This document shows positions 31,801 to 44,000 of a stretch of 64,000 bases of DNA, piece by piece; the stretch's first letter is position 1; each line of letters begins with the position of its first letter. Under the pieces are notes generated by a model, which worked only from the letters and a program-made list of their open reading frames with translations, was not told the DNA's origin and did no database searches. The position numbers were made by a program, and so were the translations under genes. Source of the DNA: Candidatus Heimdallarchaeota archaeon (GTDB lineage: Archaea > Asgardarchaeota > Heimdallarchaeia > Heimdallarchaeales > Heimdallarchaeaceae); the NCBI GenBank assembly GCA_019057815.1, contig JAHLWR010000001.1, positions 160,001 to 224,000 of the forward strand, read 5' to 3'.

Positions 31801-32060
31801 AAGAAGGAGTAGTATACAATTATTCTCATCAATTAAATCAAACTGTACGTTTCATTTTTGAAACAAGAGATAATAACGGAAATGTAAATCAAACTCATTT
31901 CTATGAGTTTATAGTTTTTTCACCAATTGAAGATAATCCTTTGGATAGTAATTCACAATGGATCTATGGCCTATACAGCATAGGAGGATTATTTGGAGTT
32001 GGTGGAGTTGCAACTCTTCTAACTATATTTATTAAAAGAATCTGGAGGAAAAGAAAATGA
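25845..32060 (+). CDS. 2071-aa cell-surface protein of tandem Ig-like modules with C-terminal TM anchor
   Basis: Signal peptide; repeated D..P.I....P......V.V...V.D.SG...V.L.Y modules of about 100 aa; TM + KRIWRKRK. Confidence 0.88.
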   Translation: MKDKRKLSILFVVLFVSQIAISASVSAEILYPVISNIHHTPINPSPEDTVTVLADVSHGMGLSEVKLNYLSESENEWNYINMVSDVECVFYGHITPYPVDSFITYQIVSTSINGFTRMSSNYTYTVYEYNVPTITNVKRDPSQPMYDELVNITAKVYDTLSISSVFLKYTLDQGSTTTVPMSFNSNDSLYFAQIPNTNINTSVNYWIEATNDETHTSSSKVFHYISLGYVPFLYEIWTDPFNATEGYPLTFFVSLFSRCVIVEGYIYYKINQGGTESLNLTQTDEIMWSSESILGDNLVGGYILEYWCQFNYSHDGSYHLYPSNPTHNFKTIVENNNPTIDSVNIYPISINKGDDVTINVTITDQSIIDVECIYLIPGKTDETHLVMNEITGTNIWTTTILTTDLLENASVVLTITVKDTNGMETIVYSGFFINDGSPPILYGVEDLREHQICHTYEHTFYVYVNDTSEIDYVKLKLWTENGSLFYGEYYMVKGGTHIYYYTLDNAPFETSLFTWMTYNFIACDIFGYTVESEEFTYYVYDYSGPIFSFNAVEEYDYHETPELHVIINDRGGTGVQSSSIVYSDDDWSTSYYLSLSYIDDNEYKVILPELLYESSREYYFTAIDFANNPSQSVIFEYTSVDASPPTIIDFKINNNQPVTNLDQELTVEIWLEDVNFITWVDIELLSEYNHAGTWWQKELYDSGDNVYFTRTFDYNLVGCDIIEYYFSVQDSLNQYDFSVHYQITVIDAILPTLSTTVVTQGTANVLTRNIVYWQEEVEPDVYVARNAYWFNESAEDLYFEVVADDETELDEVYFEYSYGTYGSWGEHYTFTQVGTSTTYDVTIDMTIFSAEKTNDGYSIIDVENGRFFFRIIAKDTSGNIRYWNPTEPFELWDGEAPTIINMQQSHTSLKGGQNIDFSITLNDNFKGIIDNFFPSGFAFIRFKHGASDTGWIVMQLSESSSFDYTWTTPNVDSTQTCYVWFKVGDLNALKTGWELSEQKDSWNNNQTYVDYCSFTIIDSTGPDISNWSYGGPAWTSTNPFVDYSQTLYVDVQLTDVSGVNSAKLYFSDTWTWVNFDNMVLISGDQFSGIWRGEISSSYLFSVYDFNDISDIHFKVVAIDSESNTYEELSPGWLDIRDFVSPVITSGPTCSHSQIYQGQTIRFDISAHDYGKGMSTFLLYAVRIRIDGGASVAMVLDNGDEWYYQYTVFRSIGVHNVQFYLYDEDLSMALDTPSNIYVTAYNILTYEVLDGIGPTIEDANDWTYEGSAWKNSKNLEAHVPTTSIDETWLLDLSYSLTITAEITDVSGIQYARLYYSSSRSTFSNYVPMSHTTGNNYQATISANILQSIYSDTAPESVNDIIYFKIYAVDSSSSQNYNNRETYDDDIFFEIWDYGGPTYSNYVTPSSASIGSQITIRVDVIDHIGVYNNYYNVKFVCDGTTYGWYSMSRISGDKFDGTYQYIWAVQNHHSKTCIITFQFKDIMGERVEWDPFLNLWATYDYRVNVLTTDSSQSFQIYDNTDPVISNHYVSPSDPEYNEQFRFYACATDSYTSISSVWAEWWVEGVKQTDISMSFDSGTTYKSALVGTYSYNTQIKYIIHAKDINNNEETTSLITFYIEDTVLPTVSNTYHTPNPIISGTNTLYVYTTFSDSGSGINTPQICYWIDGTLYGYYTMTHDTGGTYYYAIDISGVGFSEGIEYRTSCTDVAGNTKYSSIYGPYFFQDTTNPSISAITRTPTTVYSLDDVVVRASVTDTGSGVDCVRLYFKRLSTWQYVPMSIVSGKYQGTYFCGGTGHTDQYYVRTWDNAGNYAQSSTYSYVVQSGGGWPPWQPSVEGLTHSVDLSNQYDEGVLYLDKQQHIFSHPELIKHVIVEYKSIGEPSWHKVVPLENEEFYSAYIASATSLVLDYRVIIHMITNQIITSEIQSLELIDLTPPNIIVDYSPLNPEYDEIVQFNIQVRDSSGINETFCHYSFGDEWNTITFNSQILNEKEGVVYNYSHQLNQTVRFIFETRDNNGNVNQTHFYEFIVFSPIEDNPLDSNSQWIYGLYSIGGLFGVGGVATLLTIFIKRIWRKRK

Positions 32061-35000
32061 AGAAAAATCAAATAATTAATTTAATTACCAAAAAGAAAAG
32101 ACCTATTATTCAGATTATAACGACTCTATTCATTATATCTTCTTTACTGATAATGGATATTTCACCTTATCTTATTTCTGCAGAGAATAATGACAACTAC
32201 ACGTTTTTTTACGATGATTTCATGTTTACGACTGTAAATTCTACAGCTATTTGGGGAGGAACACGTGATATAGAAAATGGAAAACTAGTTGTCCAAGAAG
32301 GGAGAAAAGCATATGCAATTTGTAGTTTAGACCTATGGAACGGGTATACCGATTTAATACTAAAAGTAGCAATTTCACTTGGACAAACATCTCCTTCTGC
32401 AAGGATTGTTGTTCGTGATGCTAATACTTCTGAGATTCTTTTCAGTGATCATCCTTCAAATATTCATTCAGTAGAAATCAATCTTCTTCCTTTTGTTGAC
32501 CTTACTTCTACTCATCTCAAATTAGAAATACATGGATATGTAAAATTTGATATTATTAAGATTTATACTCCTAATCTTTTCTTATATAATCTACTTTTGG
32601 ATGATAATGTAGAAGATGTTCTGGTGAATGAAGTAAGTGAATCTTCTTATCTTGAAGATGGTCAACAAGCACTTTTCAGACCTTATAGCCGATATGTTTC
32701 TTTCAATCCTGAAGCAGGGAGAGGAAGCTATCTAATGGAAACTGAAGATTATTTCATTCCTTATTTTAATGATATTTGTTTAGTTGGACAAATAGCTAGG
32801 ATGAGTTTTGAAATAGAAGATGAATCAGCATTTGATTCAACGGTTAGGTTTGTTATAGAAGCTAAGTTTTACCATGGAAGAGCAGTAGAATACAAGATAC
32901 TTGCAGACATTACTGAAAGATTAGATGGTTATTCAACGCCTATTTATATCCCTCTAGATTCTCTAAAAGGGCAAGATGTTTCATTCCTCATTCATATCTT
33001 TCCACAACTCTCACTTGATTCTCCTCTTCCTTACATGGCTATTTCTTACTTGGGGATAACAGCTCAGGCTTCTCCCAAGATAAATGGAAGGGAATTTGAC
33101 GCCATAGATTATTCTACAAAAGACGTTTATACACAAATCACTCCTGCAACGGTGAATGGGGAGGAAAATCTTGTTTTAGCTAGAGATAGAGAAGGTACTA
33201 TTGCCACTTATCGGACTTTCATAGGAACAAACTATTCTCACTTAAGCTGTGATGGTTTTGTCTTATCAGAGTATTTAGATGAATCAGTTAGTGGAGCTTG
33301 GTCCCCCGATGAATCTGGAGAATCTTTAACTTTTGATTTATTTGAAGCGAAAAAAGGAGTGATAACTGTACAATCTGACAAGTTCGTGTTTACTACAGGT
33401 ACTTTGGAAGCTTATTTCTCTGTTTTTGAATATGGTGTAGCAACTGGTTTTATTTACAAATATGAAGGTAGTAACGAGTTTTGGACTATTGCTGTTCAAA
33501 AGATAGAAGAATCAAGAGATTTGGCTTTGCTTATTCATAATCATGCAATAGTAGACACTATCCCTCTCATTGAAGATATTTCTAGTGATGTTTCAGTAAA
33601 GATTATCAAGAACTTATTCCTCGATTCTTATCATATTTATGTTAATGATCAATTAACTTTTGTTCGTTCTCATGGTACTGCTTCAGCAAAAGTTGGATTT
33701 TATTATCGGGTTATTGATAATACAGATTTCGGACAATACTATCCAGCTCAATTTCATAGTATTGATCTCTTCTCTGTTGGGAAATATGATATAACACGCA
33801 TGTATTTAACTGTCCAAAATCCCATGAAACAAGAAACAAGGATTAAAGTCAAGGAAAGTTATTCAGATGAATCTTTATACATAAGAGAAAGAGAAATTGC
33901 TGAATTCTTAATACCTCATACTGACGGTTTCGAAACTTTTGTTGTTCATTGTATAGTTCCTAGTATACATAATAGAATCACGTTAGAACTTGATACAGAT
34001 GTTTTAGTCTATGTATATCAACTAGGTTTCCTTAGTTATAGCTCCTTTGGAGAAACAAGAGATGCGTGTAAATATTACAAGATAGCACCTTCAATAATTG
34101 AAAATGATGAAGGAAGAAGAGTTTTTACAGAAAAAATAGTCATTAAAGACGAATTAGAGTGGGTTACCTACGATATGGAATTACAAGAAGGGTTCTTTTA
34201 CATCTATGCAGATACCACACCAGACGACAATCTAGAATTTGAGATTAGTATCCGTCCTATTAATGCAAGTGAGTATGACCTTTTTACTTCTATAGGTACA
34301 GTCTATTTCCTTGAAAAGGATAGCAAAACTTACGGTCATCATCTTTTCATTAATTCTTCAACACTGGAAAATGTTCCTGCAGAATTAGATATTTATGAAG
34401 TAAAAATCAACGTTACTTCTTCTGATTATCCTATTAGTGTCCAAAGTTTAGCTACACGTAGTGTTTCTGATAAGATGGCTGGAGATGATTATTCCAACCT
34501 ATTGAGTGATGTTGAAGGATGGAGAGAAGAATGGGATATAGATTCTTCATCGTATACCTACTTAGACCAAACTGAATGGTATACTGATGTAGCTTTTTCT
34601 GCTTTAAACGGAGGACCAGCTGAAAACTGGTTCAGCCCAACAATTGCTGATTATGCTACTAATACCTTCAATGATATTTTTGATTTTGAAGAAGAAGACA
34701 CAGAAAAATTCAATGGATTTTATCTTTCTGAAGGTTATACAGTTAATAATGGTCTTCTCGACGTACAATTAACAGATTGTACAGGCACTAGTTGTGTAAT
34801 GAGTATAGGTGCAAATAGTGATATATCGCTTAATACTACAAAATACTACCATTTTGAAATAACTGTAAGAACAAACTCAGATCAAAATATGCGTTTTTAT
34901 GGTATAAGAGCCAATACAGACACTGGAAAAACATATGGTGAAAGCAGTTATATTCTTCTTCATTCCGAGCTTTCGACACAAAGATGGTTCAATCAAAGTT

Positions 35001-38000
35001 GGGTAACAATTAAAGGAGATATTCCTGTAGAAGACAGAAATATTTACCAGTCTATTTGGCTTGTATTCACACCTGATGATTACGGATCAGAATCTTCAAT
35101 AAATACCACCGAACACATATATGTTGAGGAAGTACATTTTTACAGTGATGATAGTTTAGTTTCTGAAGAAAATGCTTTTTATACAACTCTTACATCCTCT
35201 GAAAATTATATAATTGAACGCTTTTTAGGTAATACGATAGATGTTTCAGTATATCCTTTCTTAGAAATGAAAATACGCAGTAATAATATTGAAACTACCA
35301 CAGATGTTACTATAGGAGTACATACAACCTCTGCAGGCAATGGTTATGCTAGTTTTGATCTCACAGAGAATTGGTTTTATTATCGTATCAATCTTTACCA
35401 ACTCTTTATTCAGACATATACGACAAGATATCCTGATAATGACCCCTCACTGATCACTTGTTTTGATATTGACAAATTATTATTGTCATTTGAAGGGGAA
35501 ATAGATCTTTCTTCTATTAAGATTTATTCAATAGCCGGTTGGGAATATGTTCCTGATGTAACAGATTCAATATATTCAACAGCTCATCTTGAATTAGAAC
35601 AAGAGACCGTTTTCAAGTTAGGAACTGATTCTAAGTTAGTTTATGCTGTTGAGGTTGATGAATGGAGTTATTATGACGGTAATTATAGTTACTATCTAGA
35701 ATTTATGATTACGGAAAATCAAGGGAAAACAGTTCTTCTTTCATTGAAAGATGATAACGATAACCAGTTCATAGATACAATCTTCGTCCAAGATGGTAAC
35801 CTTTACTATGAAGATTGGTTTGAAGATATTTACTCTTTGAATATAACTGTTAATACCTATAGATGGTATTCTTTCACTCTCTATTCGACAGAAATAAGTG
35901 ACCCATCTCAACATAGTTACTATATATCGTTGGATAATAATCAAACTGCTGAAATTAATTATGTCGATCCATCAATGAATGGTAACCGTATTGAGTTAAA
36001 TCTTACTACAACTGATTCTGATTTGTATCTCAGAAGATTAACTGTCTCTCCATTTAATATATCCCAAACTTTTAGTGATGGTTTTGAATATAAAGCACAA
36101 GAAACAATACTGAACATACAATGGGTATTGAATAACACTGTTACATCTTCAAATAGCTATTTGACAAAAATTAATCTAGCAGATGGAGGAACTATCGCTT
36201 CTTCTTCTAGTTATTTAGTGATTGATGAAAACATCCTACTAAAATATGACTTACCTGATTTAGAATTTTTATCGCCTGAAGATTTCTATTTCTGGGTAAC
36301 AGCCAATGTTTATGCAGATAATCTTCAAATTCATATCAACGACGATTTTATTCTTTCTAAAAATGAAAATATAGGGATAGAATATTTCAAAGATTATAGA
36401 ATTACAACTGAAGATATTGGAGAATATCTTTCTTCAATTTCAATTGTTCCTTTAAATGATTACGCATACATTCAATTCCTTACTCTCTGGGGTAACTGTA
36501 CTCTCTTTGATTATTATACTGATTTCTCTGATGGTAATTGTACCTTAGACGATTGGATTGGTTCAAGTTTACCATTTATTACTAATACTGGTGATTTAAG
36601 TGCTCAACGATCTCTTGGTTCATCAATTGATACCTTTATTCATCATTATAATATGCCTTTTACTGATTATGTTCTCACAGCCACAGTTAATAGTTCTAGT
36701 GGTATATGGAGTGGTGACTATTGTACTGTTACTACAGGGTTAGTTTTTCATTCCCAAAACAAAAACATTGAGAGATTAAACTATTTTACTGGTTATTACC
36801 TAAAATACATCTGGATATATGAGCACCCAGGAATATATGAATCCAAACAACTTCAACTCTGGAATTACGCTACTTCCATGGATGACATCTTAATTGAATC
36901 TTGGTCCATACCCTATAATGATATTAATTATAAAAAAGCTGAAAGTAGTTTTGGTATCTCAGTAACTTATGTTAATGAGAGCTTCTTCATCATTGAACCA
37001 TTTGTTGACGAAATTGTTGTTGGAAGAGAAATTATCGAGGATTCTTCACGCATTTATAGCTCTGGTTATACAGGTATTTGTTATGATATGCTTACAAGTG
37101 ATACTCATCTTCCTAAAGGTGTAATTAACAGTTTTAGCGTCTTTCACAAATATTATTATCCTACTTCTGAACGTTTGATTTTAGGAGTAAATGATAAGGA
37201 TAACGCTTTTATTGTTGGAAAATTATATATCGATGAAGGAATATTTCAAACCGAGACATTAGATCTTTCTCACCAACAAACTCTTACTCTTACTTTTAAA
37301 GCTAAACAATGGAATACTAGGATGTTTATTGGATTATACCAAGATTCTCAACAATATGGCTTCAAGTTCTACAATGGAGATGTTTACAAAATAACAAATG
37401 GTGGAAGTACTTTACTTGTTAATGATTGGTTCAAGAATAATACTTTCCGAACAATATATGTTACACTCGTCTTTGGTTTAGATAATGATTTTAATATTTT
37501 CAATATGCAATTATTTACTGACAAAAGTTTCCGACCAGATATAGGTGATCCACTTTACATTTCTTTCAATAATACACTTTCCGATTCAGTTTTTAGAATC
37601 TCTACTTTAGAATCTTTAGAATTTTCATACGCAGATATAATTGTTGATTCTATTGAATGTGGTGGGATTTATCCTGTCGATATTGAATTTGATGACGGTT
37701 CAACCACACATACTATTCGGGGTTCAGGAGAGATAGCAGAATATTATCTTCAAGCATCAGCTCAAGGAAGTTTAAAGATTGATTCTACTGCTGAAGAGGC
37801 TATAATGTTTAGAGATTTTTATGTAGTCGAGGAATACAATACAACACTCGCATTTAGATATCTTTCTCCCGGTCATCATGATGAGTTATATCAAATTATA
37901 ATTTATGATCAAGGAGAGGCATATTTACAAGTCGGTATTGTTTCTACAGTGGATAATAAAGAAGAAATAATGATATCTGTTAATAATGGACAATCTATGC

Positions 38001-41000
38001 ATATTTTGCTTTTATTCGAAGTACCTTATTATCAATGGATTGATGTTTCTATTACCATTTCTCCATTACTAACAGTAACAGCTGATATCTCATACCAAGG
38101 AGTTAGAGAGAGTGATTCTGCTGATATTACTTACTATCTAGAAGAAAATTGTTATCATAATGTTAAAATTATTAAACCTTCAAACATTACTGATTTACCT
38201 CTTTATCTCAAAAACCTTAGAATATATTCTGGTGCAGGATTCTCTAGTGACTTTGGAAATGGGGAAATAACTGGGTGGACATTAAATACTAACAGTTTGT
38301 TTGTTCATTCAACTGATGTTGAAGATAGACCAACAGAATTGTATGTTTTTGCTGAACCTCTTGGGGGATGGGTAGACCTTACAGTCTCTGTTGACGATGG
38401 ACAATATTCACTAACAACAAGATTACAAGTAGAAGATTTTGAGACTTTAAGACCCTATGTTGTTCCTTTACCTTGGGGTTTTGATACTACTACAGTTCAC
38501 AAATATACTATCATCGCTAACGGAATTTTAACGCTCTATAGCCTATCTTTCTTACAAACGCTTTTAATAAATGATTGGTTAGTAGTTCAACCCTTCGACA
38601 ATGTTACTAATGAAATTCAGGATGAATTTACTCAAATAGGCTATTTAATCGAAGATTTTGAAAGCGATACATTTGATTATATGGAAGTAGTTTCCGATCC
38701 TGAAGGTTTTGGAAATGTTGGAAAAGTTATAGGAAATGAACCATTCGTTCTCACAGCATATGACACAGAACGTATTTCTGATCTTTCCTTTTATTACAAA
38801 TGGGATTGGGACGGTGTAGGAGAACCAAAACCTGGTAATATAATGCTTGAATTTGAGGTAAAAAACAGAGACGGTGATACGAGAGAGGTTACACTAATAA
38901 TCACCCCTGTCATTTCTTCCCATCCTAGCGGAATTATATTTGATTATAATGTTGTAACACTTCATAGTGATTATGACAATATGCATGCATTCTTCAACTA
39001 CGTGCCAAACTCGTGGCAACATGTCTTCATCACTCCTAATGACTTTGTTCTCTATGCAGGAATAGATACAGCAAGTTCTCAAATAAAAACCAATAAATGG
39101 CAAACTTATAGTGTCGATTGTCTCACTATGAAAAAAACAATTCTTGAGGAAGAATATTATATTGACGATATTTCTATCTATTATGAAGATGAAAACATCC
39201 TTGCTCCTTTTGCTAAATCTTATATAAGAACCCAACGCTTAAATCAAGGTAACGAGGGGGTTTGGGTACCAAACCAAGTTAATAGTCTGGGTTTCCTTGA
39301 CTTTTCAAGGATATCTTCTGACACTTCAATGGCTGCTACTGAAGATGCGTCTTTTGTCCTTGAATGTGATAAAGCTGCTGGTGCTATTATTCAAATAACT
39401 ACAACTAATCCATTCTTACTTTTCCAAGGAGGAGAAAAAATAGGTCAAGGAGTGCTCACTTCACCTTCTGAACCTATGAACTATTATATTGATGTTTATT
39501 TATACGAAGGCATTAACAGATTTGTCATTAGATCTTTTCATAAAGGTTCTGGAACATTTCCTTGGCAAATTAGGACTAAGATAGCAACAACCACAAATGT
39601 GAGAATAGTAACCAGTACGTATCAAGCTCAAGATAAAGATATGTTATCGACAGATGGAAATTACCCAATTAGTGATTGGCTTGTCTCTGACCGCCCTGTA
39701 AACTTTGGTGGTCTTGATTATGTTGGCGTGGGGGATGATCCTTATGATAGATTGGAAAAAGACACTGGTCATTACTTCTCTACACGTGCTTTTCCCTATC
39801 CTGGAGAACAGATGAATTACACTACTATAGCTAATGGTAATGAAGTTACAGAATGGGTAGGTCTTAACGATTTTTACAATGAAACAGGTGTAATGAACTA
39901 TGTCGAGAGTATGATGAATAAAACTTCAATTGAAACCAGCGATAAAATTATTTACTACACAAACTTGCATTTTCTACAAGACATAGATGACAATATCTTG
40001 AAAATAAAAGTATACTATGACCCTACATCTCTTATTGAGGCTATATATTACGATGGTCAATATGTTTATGGTAGTTTAGGAGAGATAGGATATACAGAAG
40101 TAATAGAAGGTATAGAAAAATTCTATAGCGATATCACAATTACTGCTTTAGATGATGGTTCATGGATTCTCAATATTCCCTTATCACCTAATTGGAATAA
40201 GTTTTGTTATGATTTAGAAGAAGCTGCCCCCGTTCGTCATGGTTATGCATTAGAGATTGGAGAAATGAGTACTTGTGATATACCTGTAACAACAAATCCC
40301 ATAGCTAGGGGTATTCATCGTTTAGCTATAGTTTTACGTGCTCCAGGTGTTTTGGGAAGTATCCCTTCAAATATCTTTGATATTCAAGCAAATCTAACTA
40401 ATTTTGATGATACAATGAATGCTTTTACTGGTATCACCGAGTATATCTCCACTAAACAAGCTCTTCCCGAAAATGGCCTTATGATGCAACTTGATGGCAA
40501 ATACCGAACTATTCCTAGCCAAGGATTAATGAATGGTAAGAAACCTTATACAGGAAAGAAAGTTCTTGAGAGCCAATCCTTCTGGGATGGCATTAAATAT
40601 CATTCTTTACGTATAGTTCTTATTGGTGTAGACCAATATGGCGTTTATGAGGATCTAAATGAGGATGGAGTGGTTAATGCTACTGATGCTGTCGGTTTAG
40701 CTTCTTATATGGTTATTTTGGATGCTGGAACCAAACATGAAGAAACTTCTCTTGTTCAACACATGATTGGTCCGGAAGGAACTGGAGGAACTTCTTCTCA
40801 ACCTACTAAATTATGTCCTAGGTTCTCAATTATTAGCTCATCTTTAGGTACTAATATCTTCGAGAGTTCTAATATACGCTTATCTCATAACAGTCAAACT
40901 ACTGATCAAGAGCCGTTTGCAATTACTTTACAATTTTCTAAAGATCAATTCAACAGTTTAGAAATTTCCTCTAATCGTCTTAACACCGCTGTTCCTTCTG

Positions 41001-44000
41001 AACAAGAACTATTAGATTTTATTTCCAATACTACAGACATTATTAAAGTCCAATTTAGCCTTTCTACTCCCATTATCTTAAGCTCTGATGATTCGGTTCT
41101 TACTTTAGATTCGGATGAAATTGTTTTCAATATTGGAGAACATACATTCTCTTATGACAGACAGTTACAAAAACTACGTTTGTATTATACCGATAAAAGA
41201 GATGAAGAAGAGATTTCTATTCAACTCGCCACTCAAGTTATAAGTCATAGAGATGCATATTCAATACATAAAAGCTATCATAAAATTGGTCAAGTAGGTG
41301 GTTTTGCCATCTATGACATAAACAAAATCCAACAAATATCTGAAGGAACGATAGTAGCTCCCAGTCATGTCTCTCTTGGACTTTTTGACTATATCAGCAA
41401 TATATTAAAACCAGTTTTAGGAACTAAATTAACTACCGTTGAAGGAATAGAATCTTCAATTAAAGCTTGGAAGAACGGTCGTACACCACCAAAATATATT
41501 GTTGTCCCTGGACCAGATAGGGATATTGAATTACCTGAACCTGTTGATGGGAATGATCCTAATCATGAGAATCCTGAAGAGGACCTACCTCCTGGTACTA
41601 CAGAAGAATCCTTTGAAGGAAATACAAATGGTGTTGCCGCTGATGTTGAGATTGACCCTGAACAAGTATTAATCGATACTATAGTTACTAGTCTTAATGG
41701 TATAGCTTCTGAATTGCAAAAAGACCCTCTAGATATCTCTGCGGGAGTGATTAGTTGGGCTTTGGACCTCATGGATGCTGACCCTGATGAGATTCTTGAT
41801 AAATTAAATGACGCACAATTCAACTATCTCGCCAATGCTTGTGTGTGGTTTTCTAATCTCTGGAACACTATTATGAACTTCTTTGAAAATCTTGGTAAAG
41901 AAATCTGGGAATTTATGAAAATGTTAGCTCAGATATATATCAAGATTATTAGTATTCAAGCAGGCATTATAATGGATCTTTTCAGAGTTTTCCTTTTATT
42001 TATCTTTTCAATTATTTTTGGAACAAATGTGGGATTACATGATACTTCTGAATTGAGATATGTTTCTGGTGGAGATTATATTTTCGATGAGGTAACAGCT
42101 CAAAACTTCCCCCATGTCTACAAACTTGACCACGTTATAGATGTTGCAACTGGTAAAACAGACCTTGAAGGAGAATTAACAGACGAAGAAATAGAAGAAC
42201 GAGCTAAGATTGATGTCCAACAAGGACAAGGAAACGATGCTAATCCAAATTCTGTTAAAAATGTCTTTTTGGAAATAGGTATTGAGAACAGCGATGAGGT
42301 AACAGATTTATTTTTTGGCAAATCAAAATGGGTTCATTCTGTTGAAGATGGAGATGAATGGGATCATTATTTTGGTCTGCGTAAACATCTTAGTCTCTTT
42401 GGATTAGACCTTTTCAGTGAAAACACGTTTATATTAATTTGTGAGATAGTTATTGGTATACTACCTATTACCGCAATAATCCAAGACACTAAAGATTCTA
42501 TCCTTGAGCCTATGAAATTCTTCCGAATATTCGCAAGAATTATGATACCTTTAGATATTACAGAACTATTTGGTAACGTTCTTGCACAAGTTTTTGGAGG
42601 AATGAAGGATTGGTGTGCTGGAACAGGATTAGGTAAAGCTCTCGGAGGAATAAGAGATTTTATTAAGAATATTTTCAACAGAATTGGTAAGTTTCTTAAA
42701 GAAACACTTGGTCCAATTCTAAAGAAATTTGCTAAATATGGAATGATCCTATTCATAGCTTTACTCTGCTTAGTTACGGTAGTCTTGATACCCATGAGTG
42801 GGATAGTGTTACTAGGTTTAGGTACAGCTCTTCTTTTAGTCCTAGGTTTCGTGACTTTCTTAGTAGCAGCGTTTAAATTCTTGAAGACTAGAATTATGAA
42901 ACCTATTTTCGATCTAGCTATGGGGGCACTTAAACCTGTAATGGACGCTATTGGAAACCTTATTAAGAAACTCTTCAAAAGTGCGAAAAATGCTGCAGAT
43001 ATAGTTGGAGTCACGGCTGTTGCAAAAAAAACAAAAGTTGGATTCAAGGCACTTCTTACAAAAACTAAGGACCTAATTCTTGATATATTTGGATATATAT
43101 GGCAGAAAATCACCAGACTCTGGGAAATTGGCACTTGGAAACCTTGGAAAAATAAGCGTATGCCTTGGTGTATAGCTTGTTACTCTAATGCTGCTAAAAA
43201 AGTATTGAACACCCAGTTTGATGTTTTAAGAAAAGCTGATGTTAAATCTAGATATATGCAAATACTTTGGGAAAGGATAGGTGACTTAAACTGGGCTAAA
43301 TTTAATGATATGACTCCTGATGAAAAATATTTGGTTCAGGAATTTGCTAGAATTATTGAACCCGACATAATTTTGGATAATATAGATCATATAGATGGAG
43401 CTTTCAAGAAGGGAGGATTATTCTTTGATGATAATGGTGATGTAATAAGCAATCTAGACAATAATAGATGGACTAAATCTGTTGATGCATTCGCATCGAC
43501 TTGGTTTGACAGTACAGGTAATAGTATGTCTAAAGGTATTATTTTTGACTATCTTAAAAAATTACAAAAACAAATCGGAGAAAATCCTGATAAAACCGAT
43601 TTTATCGACGACTTTATTAAAAAAACTGACGATGTTGATAGTCTTAAAGCTTTATGTATGAAACCTAATCTTATAGATGATTTGCTAATGACTGGTAATG
43701 AGGTTAATGATGACTTCGTATCTATTATCAAAAAACATGCTGATGATCGTTTAGATGCACTTATAGATACAAATGGGAATTTCGCAAAAACAATTGGAGA
43801 AGAAATAACGACTAAAGAAGCTGAATCTTATGCAAGAGTTTTACTTTTCACAGCAGGTATAGATGAAGCTAGATCCATGGATAAAAGCGATTTTGAAAGA
43901 TTTCAAAAAGTTTGGATTGTATTACATGGAGAAACAGATGAATTCCGAAATCCAGTGAAATTAATAGACCCTGATAATGACTATGGTATAGGAGAGGTAG

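Noticed and set aside
42367-43134. 255-aa minus-strand ORF and other short ORFs nested in long genes (e.g. 56409-56939, 11902-12234, 44239-44592)
   Set aside because: Shadow frames of well-supported genes, with low-complexity translations and no motifs
41800-43140. Phage tape-measure protein / prophage
   Set aside because: The amphipathic W/F periodicity is similar, but the segment lies inside a signal-peptide-bearing giant and no capsid, terminase, portal or tail genes are seen
43169-43600. Hint/intein autoprocessing domain starting at CIACY
   Set aside because: No CF..GT.V start, TxxH block or terminal HN motif follows
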